The notes under the pieces: model-generated
Told to the model about the DNA's origin: nothing
The model's input: the letters and a program-made list of their open reading frames with translations, nothing else
Database searches by the model: none
Shown here: piece after piece, positions 28,162 to 36,499 of the stretch
Position numbering within the stretch: position 1 is the stretch's first letter
Layout of the letters: every line of letters begins with the position of its first letter
Translations under genes and position numbers: made by a program
NCBI GenBank assembly: GCA_050108095.1
Contig: JBNIDO010000004.1
Span: forward strand, 6,469-70,468
Direction of reading: 5' to 3'
DNA: 64,000 nt
From: Candidatus Bathyarchaeia archaeon
GTDB taxonomy: Archaea > Thermoproteota > Bathyarchaeia > Bathyarchaeales > Bathycorpusculaceae

Positions 28162-29149
28162 GCATCATGGATGTGTAGGGGTCGTCTACTTGGCTTGGAA
28201 AAGTCTCTTCGCTGTCGCCGCGTACAAGCACTCTTTTTTTGTTTTCTGTGAATTCGCCGATGAACTGTGCGGTTAACCCCTGCTGTTTAAGGGTTGATGC
28301 AACTTTTCCCTTTGCCTGTGGTGCTACTGCGCCCAGAATGGTGCCTGTGGAAGACATCGCCAACAGTTGCCAATCGCTTAGTTCAAAATGCTTCTGCAAA
28401 GACAATGCTTCATTTGGAACGGCGATTTTGTCCCATTCTACGGTGAAGCCGAGTTTGGATGCCTCCGCGAGTTCATTTAGCGCCGTCACAAATCCCCCCT
28501 CTGTCGCATCATGCATCGCATGCACAACGCCGATTTTGGCAAGCGCCAACGCCTCCCTAACGCAACTCTGCATATGCACCAACCCCGCATATTCCGTCTG
28601 TTTTTCTGTGCCAAACAGCTTCACCGCCACCTCTTTGTGCTCTAACGCAAAATTGGTGATAGTTTCTACTCCCAGCGGCTTGGTGCACAGGATTAGGTCG
28701 CCGGGTTTGGCACCGCCAGACGTAATCAACCGCTCAGGCTCTACTGTGCCGTAAACAGTGCAGACTCCCAGCAGGTCGTTTAAGCTGTCGTACATGCCCG
28801 TATGCCCGCGCACGATAGATATGTCAAGTTCTTGGGCTGCTCTGCATGTTTGTTCCATCGCTTTTTGGAAGCGTTTGGGTTCAGTTGGGCGGGGTCCGAG
28901 CAGGGTAATGGTGCAGAATTGTGGTTTGGCGCCGGAGAGGGAGAGGTCGCTAGCGGCGTAGTTGATGAGTAGCCACCCGAACCATTCTTCGGGAACGCCT
29001 GTGCAGGGGTCTGTAGCAACCGCCATGTAGCTATCGCCTAGGCGGTGGATGCCTGCGTCGTAGCCGATCAATGGGGGAACTAATACCCGGTTGTCCTCTT
29101 TTATACAGTCTAGCATTTTTTCTAATTCTTTTGCGGGTAGTTTACCCAA
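28151..29149 (-). CDS. AIR synthase (PurM/ThiL/HypE) family protein
   Basis: GYDAG, VATDP, INYAASDL, RGHTG, AKPGDLI, MHDATEGG. Confidence 0.85.
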   Translation of the reverse strand: MGKLPAKELEKMLDCIKEDNRVLVPPLIGYDAGIHRLGDSYMAVATDPCTGVPEEWFGWLLINYAASDLSLSGAKPQFCTITLLGPRPTEPKRFQKAMEQTCRAAQELDISIVRGHTGMYDSLNDLLGVCTVYGTVEPERLITSGGAKPGDLILCTKPLGVETITNFALEHKEVAVKLFGTEKQTEYAGLVHMQSCVREALALAKIGVVHAMHDATEGGFVTALNELAEASKLGFTVEWDKIAVPNEALSLQKHFELSDWQLLAMSSTGTILGAVAPQAKGKVASTLKQQGLTAQFIGEFTENKKRVLVRGDSEETFPSQVDDPYTSMMLNA

Positions 29150-29722
29150 CTACATATACATCCTAAGCACTTTGCTTTTCTGGAGCAAATAAAGGGCGAC
29201 CCCGCTTATTATCAGTTCAGGCAAGAGGTAGCTGCCATTGTAGACTGCTGAGTAAACGTATGGGTTTATGGTGGGTGCATAGACAGGTCCCCAGTAGAAC
29301 ACGCCTGCGACGAAATGCATAATGAAGCGTCCGCTGATACCGACTGCGGCTCCCAATACTGGATACTTAGGGAAGAAGCCAGATAAGCCCAACACACCGA
29401 ACGCAAGCGGGTAGTCGAGTAGCACCTGGATTATTGCATCTGGCACTGGAGCGATGTAGGGTAGAGCTGCAAATTGTATTAAGCCATAGATGACTCCTGC
29501 GGTTATGCCGACTTTGGGTCCGCGTCGAAGCGACAGCCAAATAATCGGCACCATAGACGCCAAAGTGATTGAGCCGCCCTGTGGCAGGGTGTAGATGATT
29601 ATGAAGCTAAGAGCTGTGCCTAAGGCGATAAAAATCGCCATTTCAGCTAAAACTCGTGGGTTTTTGAAGGATTTTTGATATTTACTTGATTGGTTTATAG
29701 ATTCTGGTTTGTTTGTTTGCAC
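29150..29722 (-). CDS. thiT: Energy-coupled thiamine transporter S component ThiT
   Basis: LAEMAIFIAL, LPQGGSIT, QVLLDYPLAF, RFIMHFVAGVFYW, YSAVYNGSYL; TPP riboswitch upstream. Confidence 0.9.
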   Translation of the reverse strand: MQTNKPESINQSSKYQKSFKNPRVLAEMAIFIALGTALSFIIIYTLPQGGSITLASMVPIIWLSLRRGPKVGITAGVIYGLIQFAALPYIAPVPDAIIQVLLDYPLAFGVLGLSGFFPKYPVLGAAVGISGRFIMHFVAGVFYWGPVYAPTINPYVYSAVYNGSYLLPELIISGVALYLLQKSKVLRMYM

Positions 29723-29726
29723 TTGT

Positions 29727-29816
29727 TTTCCCTCCGCCAGTATTACCTGGGTCAGGTTCGCAGGGTCGACAGAAGGTACTGTCCTCTCAGCCGGGTCCTA
29801 TCCCAGCTCCCCAAGA
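29727..29816 (-). ncRNA. TPP riboswitch
   Basis: Minus strand GGGGAGC..CTGAGAGG..GACCCT..AACCTGACCCAGGTAATACTGGCGGAGGGA, directly upstream of thiT. Confidence 0.92.
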
Positions 29817-29867
29817 ACTGAAAAAAGTAAGCCACAGTGGAGAATATAGGTTTTGCGTCGTTTGCCT

Positions 29868-30296
29868 CTAAGTTGGGAGTGGCTTTACAAGCAAAACCAT
29901 AAGTTCAGACGTAACCGAGGAAACCTTCATTTCCACGCCCAACTCCGAGTAAACAGCGCCTGCAACCGCGGGGTAAGAACGGGTTGCCTCAACATTTCTG
30001 GCAACGTAAAACAGGTTTGTGTTGTCGCTGGCTGATAGTTTATAGCTGAATGTGTAGGAGTCTGCGCCGTTGCGGTAGGTCTGTGAGACGCCTGCAACCA
30101 AACTTAGCGTGGTGTAGTCGGAGTTGGAGCTGTTTACGCCTTCCAAGAACGAGGAAATCGCTGGGGCCTGCCAAGCCAACACTGCCACTGCCAACACAAG
30201 CACAACCACAAGAATCACAACAGTCTTTGGAGACGGAATGCTGCTTTTTTTCTCGGATGCACCTGAGTTGGTGGAATGGGATGTCTGCATGGTCAA
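29868..30296 (-). CDS. Hypothetical single-TM protein
   Basis: 142-aa ORF with one TM helix near the N-terminus. Confidence 0.65.
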   Translation of the reverse strand: MTMQTSHSTNSGASEKKSSIPSPKTVVILVVVLVLAVAVLAWQAPAISSFLEGVNSSNSDYTTLSLVAGVSQTYRNGADSYTFSYKLSASDNTNLFYVARNVEATRSYPAVAGAVYSELGVEMKVSSVTSELMVLLVKPLPT

Positions 30297-30458
30297 CCAC
30301 TATTCAGTAAGGCATCACAGCGTAAAAGTTTTTGCCAGCTCCGAAGATTGATCACGCAACAGGACGAGGTTAACTGCTCTGGGAACTGTTGAAGGTTATT
30401 CACTTTTTATGCACATAAGCTTTTTTAGAAAAATAAACCAATTGATTCACAGATTAAA

Positions 30459-31694
30459 ATGACAAGTTGTAGGTCAGCCCTGTCGTTAGATGCGCATGTC
30501 TACCTCCATGACATCGAAAAAGCAGACATCTTAGTTGGTATACCCAGCTTCAACAATGTCCTCACCGCAAGCTATGTGCTCTCACAGGTTACCAAGGGCT
30601 TAGACCAGTACTTCCCAGACCACCGCTCCGTCATCTTTGTCTCTGATGGAAACTCTAAAGACGACACCCTCAACTCGGTAAAAAGAGTCAATTTGCCCTC
30701 CCAAATCAAGCTCATACCCGCCATCTACATGGGGATCTCTGGCAAGGGCTGTGCAGTGCGCGCTATCTTTGAAGCCGCCAGCCGCCTAGGCGTCAAGAGC
30801 GTAGCGTTGGTTGATTCAGATTTACGCAGCATCACCCCCGAGTGGGTAAACCTCCTCGTTTCCCCCACCTTGGCTGGGACGGGTTTTGTTGCGCCCTATT
30901 ATAACCGCCGCAAATACGACGGTACAATAACAAACTTTCTCTGTTACCCCATAACAGCAAGCCTGTTTGGCAAAAACATTCGCCAACCCATAGGCGGAGA
31001 CTTCGGGCTTTCGATAGACTTAGTTAAAGACCTGTTGGCTTCCTCTATGTGGGAGTTGCCCGACGTTAGCCGTTTCGGCATAGACATTTTCGAAACAGTC
31101 ACCGCGCTTGCACATGGATACGAGGTTAAGCAGGCTTATCTTGGAATCAAAGAACACGACGCTAAAGACCCCTCCAGCCAACTTGCATCCATGTTCCGGC
31201 AGGTCATGAATACCCTGTTCACTTCCATCGAGCGGTACGAGAGTGTGTGGCGCAAAATTGAGGGCTTTTCTGTAACAGAGATGGTTGGTGAGCCCAAGGA
31301 CGAGGAAACACCGCAACCGATCCAGGTTTCGCTTCCTAATACTGTAGCGGCATTCAAAGAAAACTATGGCTTGTTTAGCCCAATCTACAAGAAGTGCCTA
31401 CGAGAAGAAGTCATAGCTAAATACGATGAAATCAGAAGGATTGAAGAGGCTGACGTAGACTTCTCTCCCGAGGATTGGGCTGAAACCGTCTACTCTTTTA
31501 TCGCAGCCTATCACCATGCGCCTCTTGATCAAAGAGACCAACTGATTGACGCACTGCGTGTTCTTTGGATTGGGCGAGTTGCAGTTTTTCTCAAGCAGAC
31601 TTGGGATGAGTCACGGGAGATGGCTGAATCAAGAATCCTAGAAGAAGTGCAGGTTTTCGGAGAACTCAAGCAACAATTAATCGACAAGTACTAA
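30459..31694 (+). CDS. Single-step glucosylglycerate/mannosylglycerate synthase-like glycosyltransferase (Ggs/Mgs type)
   Basis: ADILVGIPSFNN, SDGNSKD, GKG, DSDLRSITPEW, RRKYDGTITN, RQPIGGDF. Confidence 0.8.
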   Translation: MTSCRSALSLDAHVYLHDIEKADILVGIPSFNNVLTASYVLSQVTKGLDQYFPDHRSVIFVSDGNSKDDTLNSVKRVNLPSQIKLIPAIYMGISGKGCAVRAIFEAASRLGVKSVALVDSDLRSITPEWVNLLVSPTLAGTGFVAPYYNRRKYDGTITNFLCYPITASLFGKNIRQPIGGDFGLSIDLVKDLLASSMWELPDVSRFGIDIFETVTALAHGYEVKQAYLGIKEHDAKDPSSQLASMFRQVMNTLFTSIERYESVWRKIEGFSVTEMVGEPKDEETPQPIQVSLPNTVAAFKENYGLFSPIYKKCLREEVIAKYDEIRRIEEADVDFSPEDWAETVYSFIAAYHHAPLDQRDQLIDALRVLWIGRVAVFLKQTWDESREMAESRILEEVQVFGELKQQLIDKY

Positions 31695-31702
31695 CGCTTA
31701 CC

Positions 31703-32470
31703 CTATTTGCAAGCTAGCGTTTGAACTGCTGAAACAATTTCCTTCCAAACCGTTACACGTTTAGTTACGCCGTCAATGTAGAAGGGTTTATCCAATTTTT
31801 CTAGCATGGACAAATCGTTTGGTCCATCGCCGACACCCACCGTGCAGACATCGCCAAACTGCTGCCGATACAACTCTATGAGGATTGCCACTGCTTTGCC
31901 CTTGTCCGTGTCGCCTAACGCATGGAAATATCGTCCGCCCAAAGTGTAGCAAAGACCCTCCTCGCTTAGCGCCTGCAGAACCTCCTGTTTGTTTTCGCTT
32001 AGGATTTTGAAGGGTTCACTGTACTCTCTTTCTTTAGCAAGCTTTGCCTCAGCCAACGGCAACCCATTATCGGCGGCTACCTCCTCCACGGTCATGTCTG
32101 CAAACCCAACGATGCTTGCTCTGGTTTGCTGTTTGATGGCTGCCAGTTTCCTGCGGATAACCCCGTGTGGAAGCCCCAGTTCAATCACTTGGTTGCCATC
32201 GGTTGTTTTGGAAAAGTCAAAGCTGTGGGTGAAGTAGTTTTTGGGTATGATTATGGCTGATCCGTTTTCGGCGATGTAGGGGTCGGCGAGTTGGAGTTTT
32301 TCTCGGTAGAGGCTGATTTCGCTTTTTGTTTTGCTGCTCACCAAAACAATGGATGCCTTTAGGGCATATATCTCCTGCAAGCTGGATTCTATGTCGGAAA
32401 ACTCGTAGTGTGCGTTAAGCAGGCTGCCGTCAAGGTCGCTGAAGACAACGATTTTTTTGTTATTGTTCAA
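31703..32470 (-). CDS. Mannosyl/glucosyl-3-phosphoglycerate phosphatase (HAD IIB, MpgP/GpgP)
   Basis: SDLDGSLL, SSKT, IAENG, AKEREYSEPF, GGRYFH, DKGKA, GDGPND. Confidence 0.9.
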   Translation of the reverse strand: MNNNKKIVVFSDLDGSLLNAHYEFSDIESSLQEIYALKASIVLVSSKTKSEISLYREKLQLADPYIAENGSAIIIPKNYFTHSFDFSKTTDGNQVIELGLPHGVIRRKLAAIKQQTRASIVGFADMTVEEVAADNGLPLAEAKLAKEREYSEPFKILSENKQEVLQALSEEGLCYTLGGRYFHALGDTDKGKAVAILIELYRQQFGDVCTVGVGDGPNDLSMLEKLDKPFYIDGVTKRVTVWKEIVSAVQTLACK

Positions 32471-33644
32471 TTGCTTTTTCCCTAAGCCTCTCTCTAATAT
32501 TGGGCATAGCCGCCATAACCCTCAACCAATCTGGCAACTGCGCCTTCACAGGGTTCTCCATGTATTTTCTGCCGCCTGACATGATAACATTGCTTAATGA
32601 GTCCACGTTTGTTTCCTCCTCATGTCTATCAAAGATTAGCCTGTTGCATGTAGCATCCGCGTGGTACTGCCTGATTTTATCTTGTGCTAAGCGTCTGTAT
32701 GAGACTTGGAGGCTGGTGAGGAAGGGTTTTGTTACCTCAATGTTTTCTGTTTCAGTCAATGTCCGCAGTAGGGTTACGAAGGTGTCTTCGGCGGTTTTGA
32801 GTAAGCCGTTACCGTCTATGGGTTTATGTCTGTGGTCGTAGATGCCGAGGTCAACTTGGCAAATGCGTCCGTAAGCTGCGTTTCGGTAGACTTCGGAGAG
32901 TAAACCCAACTCAAGCCCCCAATCGCTAGGTACCCTTAGGTGGGTTGCTAAATCTCCGTAGAGTGCGATTTCGCCTGCAAGCGGATAACTAAACGATTGC
33001 ATGTAAGTTAGGAACTTTGAATACCGAAGTTTTTCCTGCAATACTTCTAAGATGGGGTTGATGAATAATCGGTGTATACGTCCATACAGCCTCTTGTTTT
33101 CTTGGCTGATCCGTGCGTAGTATCCTTTGGTAAAGAAGAAATCAAGTTTGGGCTCTATGAGGGGGTAGAGCATCTTTGTCGGCAACATTTTTGTGTAAGA
33201 AACAATGTCGGAGTCATGCAGTGCAAAGGCGAAAAGGTCCAGCGACGCTATTCCCATTGCCATCCAGACATCTTTGCCTTTTCCTGACTGTTGCGTGACG
33301 TCTAATCCTTTGCTTTTGAGTTCTTCTAGAACCGCAAGTACCTCAGGCTTGTTGCACCAAATCACATGACAAGGAACTTTGAATCTGCGGCTTACTTTTA
33401 GCGCTTCCTCGTATTCATGGGGGTCGTGAACTGAGATGGCAATGTAGACTTTGCTTAGGTAGCGGCATTTGTTTATTTCATCGACAATCTTTGGTAAGCC
33501 GGGGTTGTTGATGTCGCTTCCGTAAATGGGGATTATTAAGCCTGAGGGCAATTTGTCTTTGAGACCTAACAGGTTAGCTGACAATGCATCAAAATCTAAG
33601 AAAAAATCGTGAATATTCGCGATCTTTCGCTGATCGATATTCAT
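32460..33644 (-). CDS. Glucosyl-3-phosphoglycerate synthase-like glycosyltransferase (GpgS type)
   Basis: GKGKDVW, HDSDI, FTKGYYAR, YPLAGE, DWGLELG; coupled to the phosphatase. Confidence 0.8.
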   Translation of the reverse strand: MNIDQRKIANIHDFFLDFDALSANLLGLKDKLPSGLIIPIYGSDINNPGLPKIVDEINKCRYLSKVYIAISVHDPHEYEEALKVSRRFKVPCHVIWCNKPEVLAVLEELKSKGLDVTQQSGKGKDVWMAMGIASLDLFAFALHDSDIVSYTKMLPTKMLYPLIEPKLDFFFTKGYYARISQENKRLYGRIHRLFINPILEVLQEKLRYSKFLTYMQSFSYPLAGEIALYGDLATHLRVPSDWGLELGLLSEVYRNAAYGRICQVDLGIYDHRHKPIDGNGLLKTAEDTFVTLLRTLTETENIEVTKPFLTSLQVSYRRLAQDKIRQYHADATCNRLIFDRHEEETNVDSLSNVIMSGGRKYMENPVKAQLPDWLRVMAAMPNIRERLREKAIEQ

Positions 33645-33786
33645 CGGTTATCACTTAACTAGTAATACGCTCGGTAATAAAATGTCTTTCAGTCGCTTTC
33701 TGAACGCCTGCACAGGTGTATTTGTCTTTTTGTTTCCGTTTGTTTTGCTGGGTGGCTTGGAGAGTAAAAAACTGTTTATTGGTGAC

Positions 33787-34521
33787 TTAGGCGAATCCTG
33801 TTTTTTCGTCCAGCCAAACCGCCCATTTAGGCTTGTTAAAACCGTTGCGTTTGCCCATCCAGTAACCCCAAACCGCCCCGAGCGCTGGGGCAACCACAAC
33901 CATAAACACAAAGTACTCAGCCGACCAAAAGTACCGAAGCCACGGACGAGCAAACGTAGCCAACACTAAAGCAACCCCAAAGAAAGCCAAATCAAAAATC
34001 AGCACAGCTCCACCAAGCGGGTAAGCTATCCGCATACGTTTCTTCATGCGTTCGGAACCCGGCGGAGGCGGATTTACCATCATCCTGTAGCCAAAATACG
34101 ACATAGGCAACCATATGGCGCAGCCGATGCATGCCTGAATAAGCCGTACATAATCAATTGAGCCCAGAAAATAGAACACGACAAAACTTGCCAAAAGCAC
34201 CACTTGCCCCACCGCCAGCAGTGACCAATAGATTTTTTGGGCTCTACGTTTGCGGGCTAAGTCGGCTTGAGGTGGGAAATTGTGCAGAACAGAGGAGGCG
34301 ACTTTTCCCTTTTCGGTGAGCCTGTATTGTCCGTCGCCGTTTTTTTCTATGAGGTCGCCTAGCACTTTTAAGTGGTAGTTGAGGAGTCCTGTGCTGCCTG
34401 TTTCGGATGTTTCGAGCAGTTCGGTGTAGGATGCGGCGCCTTTGGTTTCGAGGATGCCGATGATGGTTTGGCGGTTTGGGTCTTTTAGTATCTTGTAGAG
34501 GTTGGATAGGTCGCTGCTCAT
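33787..34521 (-). CDS. ArsR-like wHTH protein with C-terminal TM helices
   Basis: LKDPNRQTIIGIL..SYTELL..TGLLNYHLKVLGDLI..YRLTEKG, then about 4 TM; start moved to ATG 34521. Confidence 0.8.
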   Translation of the reverse strand: MSSDLSNLYKILKDPNRQTIIGILETKGAASYTELLETSETGSTGLLNYHLKVLGDLIEKNGDGQYRLTEKGKVASSVLHNFPPQADLARKRRAQKIYWSLLAVGQVVLLASFVVFYFLGSIDYVRLIQACIGCAIWLPMSYFGYRMMVNPPPPGSERMKKRMRIAYPLGGAVLIFDLAFFGVALVLATFARPWLRYFWSAEYFVFMVVVAPALGAVWGYWMGKRNGFNKPKWAVWLDEKTGFA

Positions 34522-34590
34522 GCAGCTTACTTTATTGGGCGCTGGATTTAGGGTTTTTTGACTGCAAAAATAGTCAAGCTGCAAAAGAGG

Positions 34591-34716
34591 CTTTTTCTAG
34601 TCGAGTAGAAGTGAATAGTTACCATACACACAACTTCCAGTGGACATGGCGGGCGGTTGTTTTTTTTGTTCTGTAACGCCGATGGTTGCGGCTGTTTGTG
34701 GAGATTTCTATAAGCA
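34591..34716 (+). repeat. Dispersed element, tandem copy a
   Basis: TTTTTCTAG..GAAGT/ACTTC..GGGCGGTTGTTTTTTTTGTTCTGTAAC..GGTTGCGGCTGTTTGTGGAGATTTCTATAAGC. Confidence 0.75.
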
Positions 34717-34780
34717 AATAAGCTCATATATGCAGGCTTTGTTGCAGTGCACAGAGACCTCCCTCTATTCAATAGAGGTC

Positions 34781-34911
34781 AATTTTTGTTTAGTTGTTGT
34801 TGCAGTAAACCGCCTATACACAACAACAACCAGTCGGCTTGGCAGAACTATGTGTTTTGGATTCAGCAGTCTCCTGTGATTGCAGGCTGGTTGTGGCGTC
34901 TGCTGCAAGCG
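34781..34911 (+). repeat. Dispersed element, tandem copy b (TTGTTG-type hairpin 1)
   Basis: GTTGTTGTTG..CGCCTATACACAACAACAAC..GTGTTTTGG..TTGCAGGCTGGTTGTGGCGTCTGCTGCAAGC. Confidence 0.8.
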
Positions 34912-35019
34912 GTATTGTGTGTGCCCATAGATGTCGTCCCCTTTGTGTTTTTGTTTAGTCAAGAAATGTTGACGAGAACCCTTAAATCACAAAAATCCCC
35001 TGCCCATGTGGAAGCAGAG

Positions 35020-36399
35020 ATGAACAAAACCCTCGCCCTAACACTTATCCTCCTCTTAACCGCATCCTCTATAGCCGCCATTCTGCCTGCTAGAGCCGAA
35101 GCCAAAACGATTATGGTTCCAGACGATTACCCCTCCATAGAGGCAGCGTTGAACCATGCCGCCGACGGCGACACAGTATTCGTCAAAGCTGGGAACTATA
35201 GGTGCACAAAAAACCAGACGCTTACAATAGACAAAGCAGTAACCGTCCGCGGCGAAAACCCTCAAAATACAGTAATAAATCTTGAGCCTCCTCTTGTGCC
35301 GATGTGGCTTTTCACTTACCAATACATGGGGTACCTTGATGCCATAAAAGTACAGGCGGATAACGTCAAGATTGAAGGCTTAACCATAACTGCGCCTGGC
35401 GGAGCAATCTCAATCGGTTGCGACTTCGTTGAGTTGAGCAATAACATCATAAACGTTGCCTTGTCAATCAGTGGAGAATACGTCAAAGTTGCAGACAACG
35501 TCTTAGACACCCAAAGCATCAGCATAACACTGTCTGGCTCCCACCACACAATACTAAACAACACCTTAAGAGGAGTCGGCTGCAAAGCGTCATATTGTAC
35601 AATCGCCAAAAACACCTTCACCGGCCAGGCAGTCGACGGCTTAATCGTAGTCGAAGGCAACCAAAGCACTGTCTACGCTAACCGGATAAACGCGGACGGT
35701 TGGTTGGGCATAGTGGTTCGACTTAATGCTAACGGAACCATAATTGCCCACAACGTCATCGAAGGCTGTCTAGCTATTCACATGGATTGGGCGTCAAACT
35801 CAATCGTCGCCGCTAACACCATAAAAAACAACGCCGGCATAAACCTAGACAGGGGCAACAACAACATCTTCTACAGCAACCACCTCGAAAACAACACCAT
35901 AGGACTCAGAATGGGATACGACCAAACCGACATATCGCGGCAACATGGCGGACCATCCACAGTAAACAACACAGTCTACCACAACAATTTTATCGATAAC
36001 AAGGTGCAAGCCGAAGACTGGAATTGGCTGGGCACCAACCACTGGGACAAGGATGGAGAGGGCAACTACTGGAGCACCTACACTGGCACCGACTGGACCC
36101 TTGACGGCGTAGGCGACTCACCCTACAAGTTGGAGGAAGCAAAAAGCTACTACGCAGAGCCCACCCAAAGCGTGGACCACCATCCCTTGATGGCACCGGT
36201 ATCAGTTAACAGCAACATAGATGATTTGCCTGATACGCTAAACCTCAACTTAGATACACCACCCAAACAAGCCAGTTATGCTAATCTGGCTATTCTTGCG
36301 GCTATACCGGTTGCTGCTGCTGTAGCTGGGGTTGTTTACTGCTTTAAGAGAAAAGCACGCCACGCTACAGTCCAGTCGGCGAAACATTCAACAAAATAG
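35020..36399 (+). CDS. Secreted NosD/right-handed beta-helix protein with C-terminal TM anchor
   Basis: Signal peptide from ATG 35020; VPDDYPSIEAA, GDTVFVKAG, NN/N-rich repeats, GNYWSTY, DHHPLM. Confidence 0.85.
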   Translation: MNKTLALTLILLLTASSIAAILPARAEAKTIMVPDDYPSIEAALNHAADGDTVFVKAGNYRCTKNQTLTIDKAVTVRGENPQNTVINLEPPLVPMWLFTYQYMGYLDAIKVQADNVKIEGLTITAPGGAISIGCDFVELSNNIINVALSISGEYVKVADNVLDTQSISITLSGSHHTILNNTLRGVGCKASYCTIAKNTFTGQAVDGLIVVEGNQSTVYANRINADGWLGIVVRLNANGTIIAHNVIEGCLAIHMDWASNSIVAANTIKNNAGINLDRGNNNIFYSNHLENNTIGLRMGYDQTDISRQHGGPSTVNNTVYHNNFIDNKVQAEDWNWLGTNHWDKDGEGNYWSTYTGTDWTLDGVGDSPYKLEEAKSYYAEPTQSVDHHPLMAPVSVNSNIDDLPDTLNLNLDTPPKQASYANLAILAAIPVAAAVAGVVYCFKRKARHATVQSAKHSTK

Positions 36400-36499
36400 A
36401 AACCAACGCCCTCAAATTGTGTTTGTCTTTCTTTAGATGCGGGATAATGTTTTTAGGTACTAGCTCAGTTTTGCTAAAGTCAAACACTAACTACAGAGA

